Positions 25,651 through 40,025 are shown, counted from the first letter of the whole stretch. The stretch: 62,313 nt of DNA, filler included, from Dugesia japonica (GCA_001938525.1; 6 parts of 6 records of this genome joined end to end with filler, not necessarily neighbours in it); one strand, 5' to 3'. The notes: a model not told the origin generated them from the letters alone. Numbers and translations are program-made.

Positions 25651-27949
25651 TATGATCACTCAATGGACGATACTCAGTCATTAACATTAAAAGCAGAGAA
25701 AGGAGTAGAGATCATGTCTCGGATGAGAACTAAATGAAACTGGATTTTGATATAATGTGACGATCTTAGTCCGGACAACTTTTAACTTCTATTTTTCAAT
25801 TAAATAATAAATCATTTTGAGTGAATTTCATTCCCATTTTATTTATAGACAATTACTTGTTTAAAACCATATAATTCATTTCAACCTTAAGCAATTGTAA
25901 TATTATAAATGAAATTAATGCAAGAAAAACAATTCATTATTTAATTTTTTTTCTAAAAATAATGGTATTTTGAATTTAAATATGAATTTAGAATTTTCTG
26001 ATAAAACTGATATCTTAAAATTAAAAGCTTATCATATTTACCGTTTTTGTAAATCTGTTTAAAAAATTTCTTGTAAAGAAAACAGAGGTGTATGCTGTTA
26101 TTTTTATAGTTTGATCNCGACCTTTTACTCGTATTTACTATTTGCCTTCAATAGTCATAGAAACTACATAAGTACCTTCCGGAATTTTATTGAGTGTTCT
26201 GATACTGAATTTTACAAAAATTGTCAAAGACTCACTTTTTGTAATGATATGTATTTTTATTTAACTTTCTTTGAAATTCGTTATACTCGCTTATCATCGG
26301 TTACATTTGATTTATCGTTGCCTTATAGTAGAAATTTATTTATTTATTTTTTAATTTTTAAGTTTGTAAATTTTTCAGTATTTCGTTTTAATATTTTTTT
26401 CTAGTTTTATTTTTCATTTATTTTAATTTTTTAAATTTTATTTATTTTATCCTTTTGTCAATTTTTTTTATTTTAAAAGTTTTTTTTGTGAAACCTTTTT
26501 TAAAATTTTTTTTAAGTTTTTAAAATGTTATTGTGACAAATTTAGTATAATCAGATGCGCAATAAAAAGATAAACAATATGATGTGGTTAAATATTTAGT
26601 CATACTAATGAGTAAAACGTTATTAAAGATTTAAAATTTAAAATCGACTTAAAGAAAGATATCATTTTGAAACTTATACCAATCGAAAGAGAGTTAAAAT
26701 ATATTTATCAATTGTCTAGAAGAATATCATCGTGAATCACTTCCTTCATGATAAAATAGCTTTTAGTCTAGAATCGGTAAATACAAGAGTACTGTGTACA
26801 TCTAGACAAAGAATCTTTCTTTGAAGATATGACTCTTAAATATGGTTCACCTCAATGACTTTTACACAGTGCTACATATCGATGAGTCATAACTGTGATA
26901 AGTCACCCTGTATGAGTTATAATTGGCTTGAAAATAAAGAACACTAGGATAAAGTAGCCCGCCTTATAGGATGATTTATCTCAATAAGTAATGCGTGATA
27001 AGTCATTCAAATTCATCATATGTAAATAAATGTAAACATATATTTTCGAGATTTCAATCTCAGTAGGACAAGTAGGTGAAAAAATATTAAAGATTTAAAA
27101 TTAAAAACGGTATAGTCAAAGTAGAGGGATAGTAGCGCACTGCAACAAACCCTCCAATGCTGACGTAACTCAATTCTGTTGCATAATGAGATTATCTGAA
27201 ATTCGATATTTTAATACATTTTAATTTGAAGAAATTTAATTCTTCAATTAATTTTATTATGTAATTAATCTGCAATTTGATCTCTTTCATTAATTTTTAA
27301 TGGGTTTTCAAGAATTTTGGTCGACTTTGTTTAAATTTTCAAATTTTTGAATCAAATTCTTATGTGAATCCGGGAGAACAGCCGAAATTTTTAAAATTTT
27401 TGAAAAACCTTTATCCTGAATTTTTTTTCTTCTCGAAACTTGAAATAATCATGTCTTTTTGATAAAAAATGTTTTGCTGATTAATATGGTCATAATCTTA
27501 TATCGCCAAGTTTTATCCTAGATGAAGTAAATGAAGTTTTGTCTCAAATATTTACTAGTTTTGAATTTGGTGTACGTAACACGTACGGTTTCAAATTTGG
27601 TGTTATTGAACGAAGAATTAAAAATTGATTGAAAAACTTAAAGTATCACCTCAAGTAAAATGATTCCTAACAAAAATAGACAGGTGTCCTTCGAATTTGA
27701 ACTTTTTTCGAAAAAATAAGAAATACTTCAAATTTGAACGTCAAAGTATAGATTTGACAGAGAACTGTTTGCTGATCAAGAAACACACCACCTAAAATCT
27801 TCAAACCTTATAGTTAAAAAGTTAAATCAATAAAACGTGTGCTTAATATCAGTTGCTCCTCCTAGGCACAATGATATTAGTTGAACCCTGAGTATAGAAA
27901 AGTTTTATAACAAAATTCTTACCATCAAAGTATATATTAGATAGAGAAT

Positions 27950-29208
27950 TTAACGTTAAATAACACTGGTTCCTATGACTTTGTTTCATTTTGGAGTCCA
28001 ATAGTCTTGCTTGACTGTCTCTATAAGCTCTTCGTGGCTTATCTTACATCGCAACTCTGGAGTTGAGCTCAGAATGTTGTCTTGCTGCATAAACTCCAGA
28101 AGAGTTCTGGAGAATATAAACGGTGTTCAGAGCACAATGGGCTACTTGAAAATTCCTGTTCTTCATAGACCTCTAGGTATTAATAAGAGTATTCGATCCT
28201 CCATTAGACAGATTTTATCTATTCTCACTCTTCTTCTGACTATTTATATAGCTGCTGTAAATTAGGGTTAACTTCTGCGAGGAACGAATATTTAGTACAA
28301 TCTCTATTACATACATTAAAGATGCTTGTCNNNNNNNNNNNNNNNNNNNNNNNNNNNNNNNNNNNNNNNNNNNNNNNNNNNNNNNNNNNNNNNNNNNNNN
28401 NNNNNNNNNNNNNNNNNNNNNNNNNNNNNNNNNNNNNNNNNNNNNNNNNNNNNNNNNNNNNNNNNNNNNNNNNNNNNNNNNNNNNNNNNNNNNNNNNNNN
28501 NNNNNNNNNNNNNNNNNNNNNNNNNNNNNNNNNNNNNNNNNNNNNNNNNNNNNNNNNNNNNNGTCTGCAAATTATCGATTTCATCTCAAAAAGAAACTAA
28601 TTTATGATGGCTCAATCAACCCTGAACAATGGTGTTTCATATACAAAGCAAGAATAAGCACTCTTCCTGTTAGATGCAATCATTGAATGACTTTCAAATG
28701 TTCTTACGACATAAAAACTCAAGGACATGTTCTTTGCTATTGTGGACTATATTCTGCTTTCCGCATATGACAACACAGTGATGTGCTTGAGTTACTTGCC
28801 AAGTTTGTTAGAGTCAATATCGGTTTTAAAGTCATTGTTTATGAGACCTGTGACATCGTTAACAGGACTGATCGCGTTGACTTGCAACTGATACACGGTT
28901 CAGTGTAGCGAATTATCCTACTAGTTGTAAAAATTCTATATGACACATCCATAAATATGAAATTATTCACTGACATGAACATAAGCAAATACACACCACT
29001 CAAGTATGATATTCAGAAAAATCTTCCAAACTAGAAGGTCCTCCTTGAAATGATCTCAGTTGAGTGCCTGGGATCATAGTGTATCGAAAATGAGTCAGTA
29101 ATCAAGCAAGTTGATCTCAAAGTTAATTTGAATAGGAAGTTTGAACTTATTTTGATCAGGAAATACATCGCTTGGTCGAGCAAAAATTGGGCCCTCCATC
29201 AAGGATAA
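27950..29208 (+). mobile_element. RLE-type non-LTR retrotransposon (NeSL/Utopia-like), decayed 3' half
   Basis: WCFIYKARISTLPV; zinc knuckle KCSYDIKTQGHVLCYC; RI*QH; RVDLQL..ILLVVKILYD (PD-D-K nuclease); KYTPL; VECLGS; IAWSSKNWALHQG*. Confidence 0.8.
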
Positions 29209-32200
29209 GCTGAAAATTTGAAGATAACAGAAGTTAACTCCAATAATTCAGCAAACAGCGAGTCTGAGATGAAAGATCAAAATTAGAGTCCAGATCTTTG
29301 AGTTGTCTTCTTATGCCATATTCTTCGTCCTTCTCTTTTTGTTTTGTTATTCAGCTTTAGGCTGACCGAACCAGGATTAAATTTAGCCTGAGAAGCAATT
29401 TCTAGTCTAAAAATGGCTTTGTTTATCGCAGCGTTTGAAATCGTGTGGTTCCTAATCAGTGAGTTCAAATCATGCAATGATTGACTTATTGTACACTTTG
29501 TTTTTTTAATTTTATTTCATTGGTAATTATTATTGTCAATTTTAACAATGTTTTTCTTACTCAGTGTAAAATTGTCTATCGAATAGATACTTAGATATTC
29601 AGATTTGAGTTACTTTTTATTTTTTTAAAGATTAATGGTTCCTCGGGGAGTTCTACAATTGTCCGGTGAGTGACCCATAATAAGTACTTGTTTTTAAATT
29701 TATTTCATAAGAGAGAATAATTGACAATTTTTAACGAATTAATTATGATCATTGAAATTTTTATTGAATAGATGTCCCAGTAGTAAGAAACTTTCTTTTA
29801 CAGCGAATCAGTGGTGGGTTTAAAATCTGCTACTGTTCTAATTAAATGTTTATAATTAAACTGTTCAAGCTACTATATCCATCAAATTTGCTTAATTTGT
29901 TACATTATAAATAAATCTATAAGCAATAGTTACTATTTTCATTAAAATAAACACTAAGCTGATTCTAAAGTTTACCGAGGGTTAACATGATTCTATAATT
30001 ATAATCTTTTTCATCTTACAACTAATGATACGGTTAATCAAATTACATAGTTATTAAGTTATATAAAATTTCTTCAAGGTAAACACATTAAATTAATCAA
30101 TTAATCAATGAACACAGCAAAGTCTATACGTGTCTATATATGCAAAGCTAATGGATTATGAAAGCAAATAAGTACAGTAACCTAATTTAATAGAGTAAAA
30201 CCAATGAATATAGTATATTTTAATTTATCAATTGAATATACATCAAGACTAGTCATCTATATACCAATTTTATTAAGTCATGAATAATTTGTAGTCGCCT
30301 ACAAGCAAATTATCAACAATTATGTACAAATTACAACCACTTATGAATAAATTGTAGTCATTTCTAAGGAAATTGTCGCCATATATGTGTAAAATATAGT
30401 AAACTATGTACAAATTGTTGCAAGCTGTTTAAATTATAACTACCTACGTATCAATTAAGACATTAGTTTGTTAATTTTCAAGTCAAAGTTTTATTTGAAT
30501 AACTTGCTTTTATACGTTCATATAGATCTACCAAAAATATTACTAAGTCCATAAGTAATTTCATTAAAATGTATAGATCCATATTTTAAATATAGACTAA
30601 TTTTATTAATGTTAGTTAAATTTCCATTAATTTTCTTAAGTTTCATAAATTTTTGTTATAAAGTTATTTAAAATGAATTAATTGCATTAAAATTCATCGA
30701 ATATAATAGGTTTAATAGACTTATAGTGCTGATTAGAGTTCAGCAGTTGTATTTACACAGTATGACAATGGTTATAATATATGGATAAGTAAAAACAATA
30801 GATTACCATACGAACATTATATTACTTTATTCCTAGATGATCATGATTCAAATCAAGAATTGTTAGAAGTAATGATTTTAATTTGATATTTCAAAGTATT
30901 ACAATTGTGACATTTAAGTAATTTCATTCAAGATAGTAATCAATCAAGTCATCCATTCATCAGATTTTCATTTTAATAAATGTTATTTATAAAAAAATCG
31001 TTATTGGTATCGTTATTTTGTTATTTACTTTGTTTTTTATAATAATATTGATATTGTTCCGTGAGTAACACATAAAAAGTACTTGTTTTTCTATTTATTT
31101 CATCAGGGATGAATATTGACGATATTTAACCGTATTATTCTTACTCAACTTTAAATAGGCACTTGGAATATTGAATAGACACCTTTATGTGCAAATTTGA
31201 GCTCCTCTTTCAAAATTCATTATTTTCTCGGGGAGACTCAAAAAGTATGTAATTGTTTTTCAATATAACTTTTTATGTATAAAATTTGACGATTTTAGGT
31301 GAAAATATTGTTAATCACCGCAAAATTCTCTATCGAATAGATAGTTTAATTATCAAATTTGAGATACTTTTTATTTTTAATTAATTATTGAGAATTACAA
31401 AATGCAAAATATTTTCAAAGTAATTTAAATTTACACTTTAACGTATATATTCTTGATCAGTAAAATATTCTCTATCGAAAACTTCTTAAATCATTAAATT
31501 TGAATGAAANNNNNNNNNNNNNNNNNNNNNNNNNNNNNNNNNNNNNNNNNNNNNNNNNNNNNNNNNNNNNNNNNNNNNNNNNNNNNNNNNNNNNNNNNNN
31601 NNNNNNNNNNNNNNNNNNNNNNNNNNNNNNNNNNNNNNNNNNNNNNNNNNNNNNNNNNNNNNNNNNNNNNNNNNNNNNNNNNNNNNNNNNNNNNNNNNNN
31701 NNNNNNNNNNNNNNNNNNNNNNNNNNNNNNNNNNNNNNNNNNNNNNNNNNNNNNNNNNNNNNNNNNNNNNNNNNNNNNNNNNNNNNNNNNNNNNNNNNNN
31801 NNNNNNNNNNNNNNNNNNNNNNNNNNNNNNNNNNNNNNNNNNNNNNNNNNNNNNNNNNNNNNNNNNNNNNNNNNNNNNNNNNNNNNNNNNNNNNNNNNNN
31901 NNNNNNNNNNNNNNNNNNNNNNNNNNNNNNNNNNNNNNNNNNNNNNNNNNNNNNNNNNNNNNNNNNNNNNNNNNNNNNNNNNNNNNNNNNNNNNNNNNNN
32001 NAAGAACAAAAATATTTTTCGAAAAACTTATGTTTAGCTTAAAATGATCCCGACGTCATTCTGAATCGATTGATGTGAAAATCTCGACAAATTTTTTTCA
32101 AAAAATTTTGAAATTTTAAATGTTCTTCCGGATTTCCATAAAAATTTCATTTAAAAAATTTAAAATTTGAAAATTTAAACAAAATCATAATTTCGCTTAA

Positions 32201-32449
32201 TTTACTATAAAATTCCATAAAAAATATACTAAAAATTCAATTAATTAAAAATTGAAAATGATTCGGTAAACTTTTCAAAAAATACGAGCAAAAGTTACGA
32301 AATTTGTTCTTCGTCTAAATCATATACATTCGAAGCCATTATGTTATAATTACGTAATAGGACACCAATGTGTGTCTTTGGGTATTTACATTAGAAAAGT
32401 TATGTAATAATTTTACACACAGGTTGTAGGGAGAATACGCCAAAAAGTG

Positions 32450-33560
32450 CCTCAGTGNGTANCTATCAATCTACTATATTGCAAACTAGAGAAGTGCTCG
32501 ACAGGGCTGTTNTTATAGATGCTTTTTTTCAATATTGGCATTAATCCTATAATTAACGAAATTTCTAAAATACCTAATGCAGAAGTACGTTGTGGGACCA
32601 CTCGATTTCTTGTTTGCTTATGCTGATCACTTGGCATTAGTTGTTTTTTCCCATGAAGTGTGGAAATGTAGCCTGTCCCTAGTGCTTTCCATGTTATGTT
32701 ATGTTGTTCTGGTTAAATTTTATTTTTGCGTTGAAAGTGTTTGAAGACTTCACTTTATTTTTGTTTCAGATGTTCCTTAATTATTGTTCGGATGGTTCTG
32801 CATAGTTTCACCTATATATGTTTCTTTACAAATGGTGCATGTCATTTTATAAGTGATATTTTTCTTATTGAATATATTTCTATCATCATAAATGCATTTG
32901 TGACCACAAATTTTTTGTTGTGGTTTCTGTAATTGGATGACCAAAGATGCTTGCGTTTTGAATATAATTCTTGGATCGTGCTTGAGTTTAGAGACTTTTA
33001 TTATATTTTGCATGATTTGGTTACATTTGTCATTAATAAAAGGTAATTCAATAACTCTGTTTGTTTTTGGTTTGATTTTATTTTGTTTGGAATTTAAAGA
33101 TAAATATTTCGATATAACTTTATTTGGATATCCGTTATTTAAGAATCTATTTTTTATCAACCTGAGAGAAATCAATTTAATTTCTTATTTCAGCTTAAAT
33201 TCTTTCACCTTTAATTATACCAATTTGCTGGCTGGTGATAATATTGCTACTCCTAGGTAAAATATATGTACTGTGAAATATATAATTGGTTTCATATATA
33301 ATTGAATAGTTAATATTTCACCGGGTTTCTTTTGGATTAAAGTGCCCAAAAGGAAATCTGAAAGTTAATTTAATTTCTCTAAAGTGAGTTTAATCCTATC
33401 ATTTATACTATTGGTTAATTCTATAATGTTCTGTAAAGAAGAATTAGTTACAAAGGAAATATCGTCTATGTATCAAAGAATTATTTGATTTTCAATGAAG
33501 TTCACGAAATTTATCGCTAGAATTGGAGATAAATTATTGACCACCTTTTTGTTAAAAAAG
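32450..33560 (-). mobile_element. Penelope-like element, decayed RT thumb plus GIY-YIG
   Basis: YIDDISF-like RT motif at ~33455-33475; FLNNGYP; IELPFI; ITYKMTCTICKETYIGET. Confidence 0.92.
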
Positions 33561-34867
33561 CCGTTCACTGATGAAAATGCTATCTGAGAAGAGTCACGAA
33601 TTAATTAATTATTAAATTAGCAACAAAACGTAAAGCATCTCAACACTATCGTAAAGTGCTTCATCTTCTCATAATCCTCAAAACAAAGAACAAAATGTGA
33701 AAACGTTTTTTTTTTCATGTTTTCTTGTAACTTTTCTTTGAAACTTATTTTGAATTTTTGTTTTTTATAAATTATTTTTTAAAAAATTGTTTTGTTTTAA
33801 TTTTTTTCTTTGTGATTTTGTAATTTTATTTCATAAAATGTTAATTTTGTTTTCAAGTGTTATAAATTTATTTAATAATAACAAAACATTATTCTTAATT
33901 AAGACAGAATAAATTACATAATCGATTTAATAAGACTTATTCATAATTGGATCATGCTAATCAATAGTTGCTGGATATATATTATTTCATTACACAATAC
34001 ATATAAATATTTTAAGTAAACCATAATTACAACTAGTTTCACAAATAATTTCAATAAGATATTAACACTTTTATAGTAACTTCAACAACAACAATTTCAT
34101 ATAAATAAACATAACTTTCAAAAGAATATATAAATTTATTTAGAATTATAAGTTAAATATACACTAAGTTTTAAGAATAAAGTCTATTGCGAAGAAACTT
34201 GATTCATATTCAATTATTATAACCCATCTTATCCTGCAACCAATAATCCACATGATCGTTTTAGAATTTTAAATCTTTTCCGATTGTCCACTTGTCCGAT
34301 TGAAAATTTAACCACATAATATTGTTCATTTTTTCATTTCACATCCAATAATACTAAATCTTTCACCACAACATATATAAAAGTTTAAAAATTTTTAAAA
34401 TTATTTAATGAAAAAAATTTCAACTCAAAAAGTAAAAATTAAAACAAAATTTAAAAACTATTTTAAAAATAAACAAAATAGAAAAATATTAAAAAAAAAA
34501 TATGCAAAAATTAAAACTGAAATATTGTAAAATTTACAAACTTAAAAATTAAAAAATAAATATGTAAATAAAAAAAATTCTACTGAAATGAAACGACAAA
34601 TAGAATTCAAAATTCTACACATACATACATTGTGTAAAGAATTTGTTTTCCAAAATTGAGATTGATGGGTACAACGCTACTTTTGAAAAGATTTTATCCC
34701 GCCAGAGGCGGTGGTAGTTTAATGACCACTATTTACATACTAATGTAATCTATCTACATATTAAGTTAAAACTTACGAAGTAATGAATGATAAAGTAAGA
34801 TCATTTATTCCATGTGGACAGTAATCCATTATAATTATAATTCTTGGATTTATCAGCTTGAATTTAT

Positions 34868-35015
34868 TTCATTAAAATAAGAAAAAGCTTCGATCAAAAT
34901 AAAATTTATTACAAATAAATTTTATTTTGATCGGAGCTTTTTCTTATTTTAATGAAATCTCAAATGCGATCAATNGTTAAGTCCAACAATTATTCTCACA
35001 ATAATTGTAATTATT
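34868..35015 (+). repeat. Penelope pseudo-LTR tail with a near-perfect ~43-bp fold-back
   Basis: TTCATTAAAATAAGAAAAAGCTTCGATCAAAATAAAATTTATT inverted around a 3-4 nt loop, then the pLTR tail. Confidence 0.8.
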
Positions 35016-35189
35016 GAATTTATTTATTAATAAAAAACCATATCATATTTCTTTAAAATTTATATTTGTTATGTTATATTAGAATGTTCCAAAAGTTATG
35101 TTACATATGCAAAAAAATACAAAAACAGTATTTTATTGAAGTTAACAACAAATAACTACTATTCCAAGTATTGTTCATCATTACTCGTT

Positions 35190-35599
35190 ACTTTTTGCCA
35201 TAGATTTGCAAATTTTAAAATTTGATCAAAGTATCAATCTGGCTTTATCAAGTGAAATAGCTGTTTGCACGCCTCTTCGACTTCATCAAATGATTCAAAT
35301 TGATGACCATTCAGAGTGGGCATAGATTTAAAAACATTGTAGTCAGTTGTTGCAACGTCTGGACTGTATTTTGGATGTGATAAAACCTTGAATCGTCTAA
35401 CTTTTCATATGTCTCCTGAAGCTTCTTAGCATTGCGTGTCTTGGCGTTGTACTGGTGAACAAAATGTGTTCGGGATGGACTACCACGGCCAAATTACTGA
35501 CAGTAGAGTTCAGCAGTGATATCACGACCATTCAAAACGAGTTCAAAGAGCAAAATAACTTCAAAGTTCTAACAGACTGAAATCATGACCTTCTTGTCA
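35190..35599 (-). mobile_element. mariner transposase C-terminal relic
   Basis: KKVMISVC; VHQYNAKTR; LSHPKYSPDVATTDYNVF. Confidence 0.85.
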
Positions 35600-35699
35600 N
35601 NNNNNNNNNNNNNNNNNNNNNNNNNNNNNNNNNNNNNNNNNNNTTAATTAATTAANNNNNNNNNNNNNNNNNNNNNNNNNNNNNNNNNNNNNNNNNNNN
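35600..35699. other. Artificial scaffold spacer N44-TTAATTAATTAA-N44
   Basis: Same 100-nt spacer. Confidence 0.97.
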
Positions 35700-36421
35700 T
35701 TTATATTAAATGAATAAACAAATAGTGTTTTTGAATAAATTTTCCCATGTAGTTGAATTTTGATATTGATGATCAGATGAACTCTCCAAACTCATCTAAC
35801 AGGGTCTTAAATACTTTTTAATAAATATAATATTTTCTATATAAATATTCACTTTTCGTTCCATCTTTATTATTTACTAATTTTACATATAATATTACTT
35901 TTATAACATTAATATTCTATAAATAACAATAATTAACACCCGTCATTTCGAATTTCCATTTCACTTGCCCATTTCATTTCTATTTTATGTAATTCGTTCG
36001 TTTATTCTACTTAAATGATTTTATTGTTAAATTATTTATTTCGATTCTCATTTCCCGTTATTTTATTTCTTGTATTCAATTGTTTAATATATTTTATTAC
36101 TTCTATTTAATTATCTGGGGCGTTTCTATTATTATCTTATTCGTTTTTTCTCTTATTTTCCATTTACTTCTTTGACTTTGTTGCTTTCGCTTATTTTATC
36201 TTCTACTTTGTGGCCGTTCCAGACCAACAGTACTAGAAAGTTACGTTAGATTCACTCATAATAATAATCCTGGAATCTTGAGACCCATACAACCATATTT
36301 ATTAAAAAGTTTTGTCTGACAAAAGAGAAATTTAAATATTTTCATAAGTATTTATCGAAAGTGATTAAGACCAAAAGTAGAATTTTCTTAATTACATGAA
36401 AAACGAAACTATATTTAGCAC

Positions 36422-36511
36422 TGTGATATGTGTTTAAATAATATTAATTAATTAGTGTACTTTTTAAATAAACTTTAGTTTTCCAAGTTACTTAATTTCT
36501 TATCAATAACA
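36422..36511 (+). repeat. 5' LTR of element D (90 bp)
   Basis: 5 substitutions and one 2-bp indel relative to the 3' LTR. Confidence 0.93.
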
Positions 36512-39500
36512 TGGCGTCACGATCATTGTTGGAGCAACTTATAGACTGGTTAAATGAAAAAAAAAGTTTTCGAAGAAATTTACAATCGAAGAAAATATTT
36601 CTAATCATATTACCGAATTCGAAAAATTTTCCGAAGAACAAAAAATCAAGGATCCAACACAACGCTCAGAGAAATTATTGAAAAGTTTACAAGAAGCATT
36701 TTTTGAACTCCAATAAATTTCTGAGTTAAAATCTAATAAATCAAATTATTAATGGATGGAGAAAAGGTTAATTGAATTATATCTATATAATTATAAACAG
36801 TATCTAACTGCCATAAGAGTGACTAGAATACAGGAAATACTAGATTACGATGTATTTGACAGAGAGAAAACGCTCTTATCAATACTTTTNAAAGGAGTAA
36901 ATAATCGAATGGCAGCCAGTGCCACCAAAATTATTAAACCGAATACTCTGGAAGAAGCTTTTAATTTCATGAAAAAATGATAAAGCTCTAAATAATGATA
37001 AATTGCGAATTATTAGGAATGATATTAACACAAAAAATGGTCAGAAATGGAAACCTTAAAAAAGAAAATAATTGAGCTAGAAAATTGTATAAAGTATTAG
37101 GAAAAAAACCATGAAACACTTTATCCAAAGGATCCAGTTCAAAAGATTAAACAAGAAATAAAATATTATAATTGCAATGGGGAAGGTCATATTGCCAAAA
37201 TTGTAACAAAACGTTGCTATGCAGGAACTGTAACAAATTCGGAAATATATCTTGATTTTGTCAAGCATCAAAAAGATCCAATATAAAGAAATGAGAAACG
37301 AAGAAACCAATGACAATTCAAATATTGAATTTAATGAAACCAGTTCTGATTATACAAATGGCTCACCAATTAAAGTAATTGGGTATTCTTTTACAAATGT
37401 AACTATATGAAATGAAACTAATAGAATTAGAATGACTATTGTAGATAAATTGTTCCCAAAAGTCATAATAGGAATAAGAAATATGAAAAAAATGAACATT
37501 TCGATTTTACCAAAACTAGGCTGTGTAACTGTATATGAAATAAAAATACTTTTCCAAAATAAGGTAAAAATAAAAAGCACTGTATCCAAGGGTTTAGTTA
37601 ATAGTACGAGAAGTGTGAAGGGGGCTCTAATTTGCGCAGTAAGAGTTGTATTAGACACAACAGTTACAGTTTTGAGAAAAAAAGAAGTAACTGTTTTTGC
37701 GAGTGTAGATAGCGAAATGTTTTTTGAAGGAAGTTTTATTTAGTCCTTTTAAAGATAAGTTAGCGAATATAGGGGATGTAGCTACAAAAAGTGTGTCTTA
37801 TGTTAGAGGAACTGGTAAAATCCTAGTTAAAATAATTAACTTAAAAAATAAAGATATTACTATGTTTAGAAATACGAGATTAGGTTGTATTGAGATTGTG
37901 AATAATACAAAAGATAATATTGAAATATATATAGAATATATCAAGATACAGAGATGGGACATATCCAATTTATATCGGATACGATTATTTACAGAAATTC
38001 AGCTGATTTCAATAAAAATGCGAAAAATACTGTTATTAAAATAATAACAGAATTTAAAGATGTATTTAGTAAAGATAAATATGATATCGGACATTATCCA
38101 ATTTAAAAACACGAAATAGATGTAATTGATCCTAAACCTATTGATCAACCATTACAAAGAGCTCCTTTTCACCTAGAAATTAAAATTGATGAGATGATGA
38201 AAGAGCTTAAAAAAGGAATCATACGCGAGAGTTAAATTTTGTGGTCTTAACCTATTGTGATTGTCGACGATTCGAAAGTCTAAAACATGCTCTCACAAGC
38301 GCATCAGTTTTATCGTTTACAAATAGGAATGATATTTTCGTATTGGATACAGATGCTAGTCACTTTGCAATGGTATCAGTTTTAAGTCAAATTCAAGATA
38401 ACGAAGAAAAAGTAATATTCCATGGATCTAAAAAGTTTTCAAAAGTAGACAAAATGTATTGTATCACAAGGAAAGAACTCATAGCGGTTTATTACTTTGT
38501 GAAAAAATACAAGCATTATTTATTGGGAAAGAAATTTATTATTCACACAGATCATAAGAGTTTAACAGGGATGCTGAATTGGAAAAGACCAAATACATCA
38601 TAGTACTGCTCCTGGATTGAAGAACTAAGTATGTATGATTTTAAATTTCAGCATCGAAAAGGAAAATTACTTGCAAACACAGATGCACTTTCCAGAGAAT
38701 TCCAATGCAAACAATAGGATATAAAACATATTGATCCAAAAACTAGACGAAATNTCAAAGTCCAACAAAAGCGATTCAGATGATGAAGGTTATCGACAAC
38801 TCAATGAATTAAAAGATTCCCATAAATAGTATAATGAAAAGAAAATCAATAACATTTTAAAATTTTTTCATGGTCGATTCGGCCATCCAAACGCTAAACA
38901 TACTTTGAATAATATCAAGAGATATCCTGAATGGATAAACATGGGAAAAGATACGTAGAAACTTGTGGCAAATTGTATGCTTTGTGCTGAAAGAAAGCAG
39001 GGAAGATGGGGTACACTATCAACAACTCTTTTACAGTGACAGAACCATTTGAAATGATATGCAGCAATATAACGGGACCGCTACCGAATTCCGAGGGATT
39101 TTCATATATTTCAGGAATCATTGATGTTTTTTCTAGATATATAGAGTTAATACAATTGAAGGATATTTCTTTAAAAACAGTTACTGAAGTGATAGTTGAG
39201 AGATGGATAGCGTACTTTGGGATTCCTAGGATAATTCATTCTGATAACAGAAAATAATCAAAATCGGAAATAATGAAGGGATTGCGTAATAAATTACAAA
39301 TAAAGCAATCATTTTCAGCACCATATTATTATCAGGGCTTAAAGATTGCGTGTTTAGAACAGCCAAAGACAAATTATATTCATCTTGTACTAAGCACGAG
39401 ATCATCAAATAACANAAAATTAGAGGTCTCATCTTACGAAAATTTATTTAGAAAAAAGATGGATTTGAAACCACATATTTTGATTGCAAATATAGAAATT

Positions 39501-39937
39501 GACAAGATAGATTATCAGAATAACTTTAAAAAATCAAGGGACAGAATTACAGAAAAGAGAAAACAGATTCCAAAAGAAAATAAAGCAGAAAATCAGAACA
39601 CCACAGTAAAGATTGGAGATTTAGTAATGGTAAAAACAGAAAAGAGAGGGTTACTTAAAAAAAAAGATATACAGGACCGTGTATGGTAAGCAAGTTTCGC
39701 AGTAATTATAATTTAGAATTAGATGATGGAATGAAAGTAATTCGTCGAAATCTTCACCAACTTAAACGATTCAAGGGAGAATTCATAAATAAAAAGGAAA
39801 CGGTTGACGAATTAATCATTAGTTTCACATATTTGACAGTGATGTAAAACGTGTTCTTATAGACAACTCAGAACAATGCAACGAGAGAGATGAAGTTAAA
39901 TCCCAAATATATGATTGACTCTTTAAAGAAAGGGGAT

Positions 39938-40025
39938 TGTGATGTGTTTAAATAATATTAATTAATTAGTGTATTTTTTAAATAAACTTTACTTTCCCAA
40001 GTTACTTTATTGCTTATCAATAACA
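39938..40025 (+). repeat. 3' LTR of element D (88 bp)
   Basis: Directly follows the PPT and is followed by the TSD. Confidence 0.93.

Larger units (their letters stand above)
36422..40025 (+). mobile_element. Complete Ty3/gypsy element D with ~90-bp LTRs and a deleted RT core
   Basis: LTRs 36422-36511 and 39938-40025 (TG...CA); TSD AGCAC at 36417-36421 and 40026-40030; PBS-like TGGCGTCACGATC; PPT AAAGAAAGGGGA; gag knuckle YYNCNGEGHIAK; RNase H LDTDASH..TDHKSL; integrase ITGPLP..IDVFSR..HSDN. Confidence 0.95.

Noticed and set aside
34170-34375. Host exon
   Set aside because: Stops in the frames examined and no recognisable motif or splice-site pair
36511-36553. gag start codon formed by the LTR terminal A plus the PBS TG
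   Set aside because: The related copy at 47484 has two stops in that frame, and its gag frame begins at the downstream ATG AAA AAA
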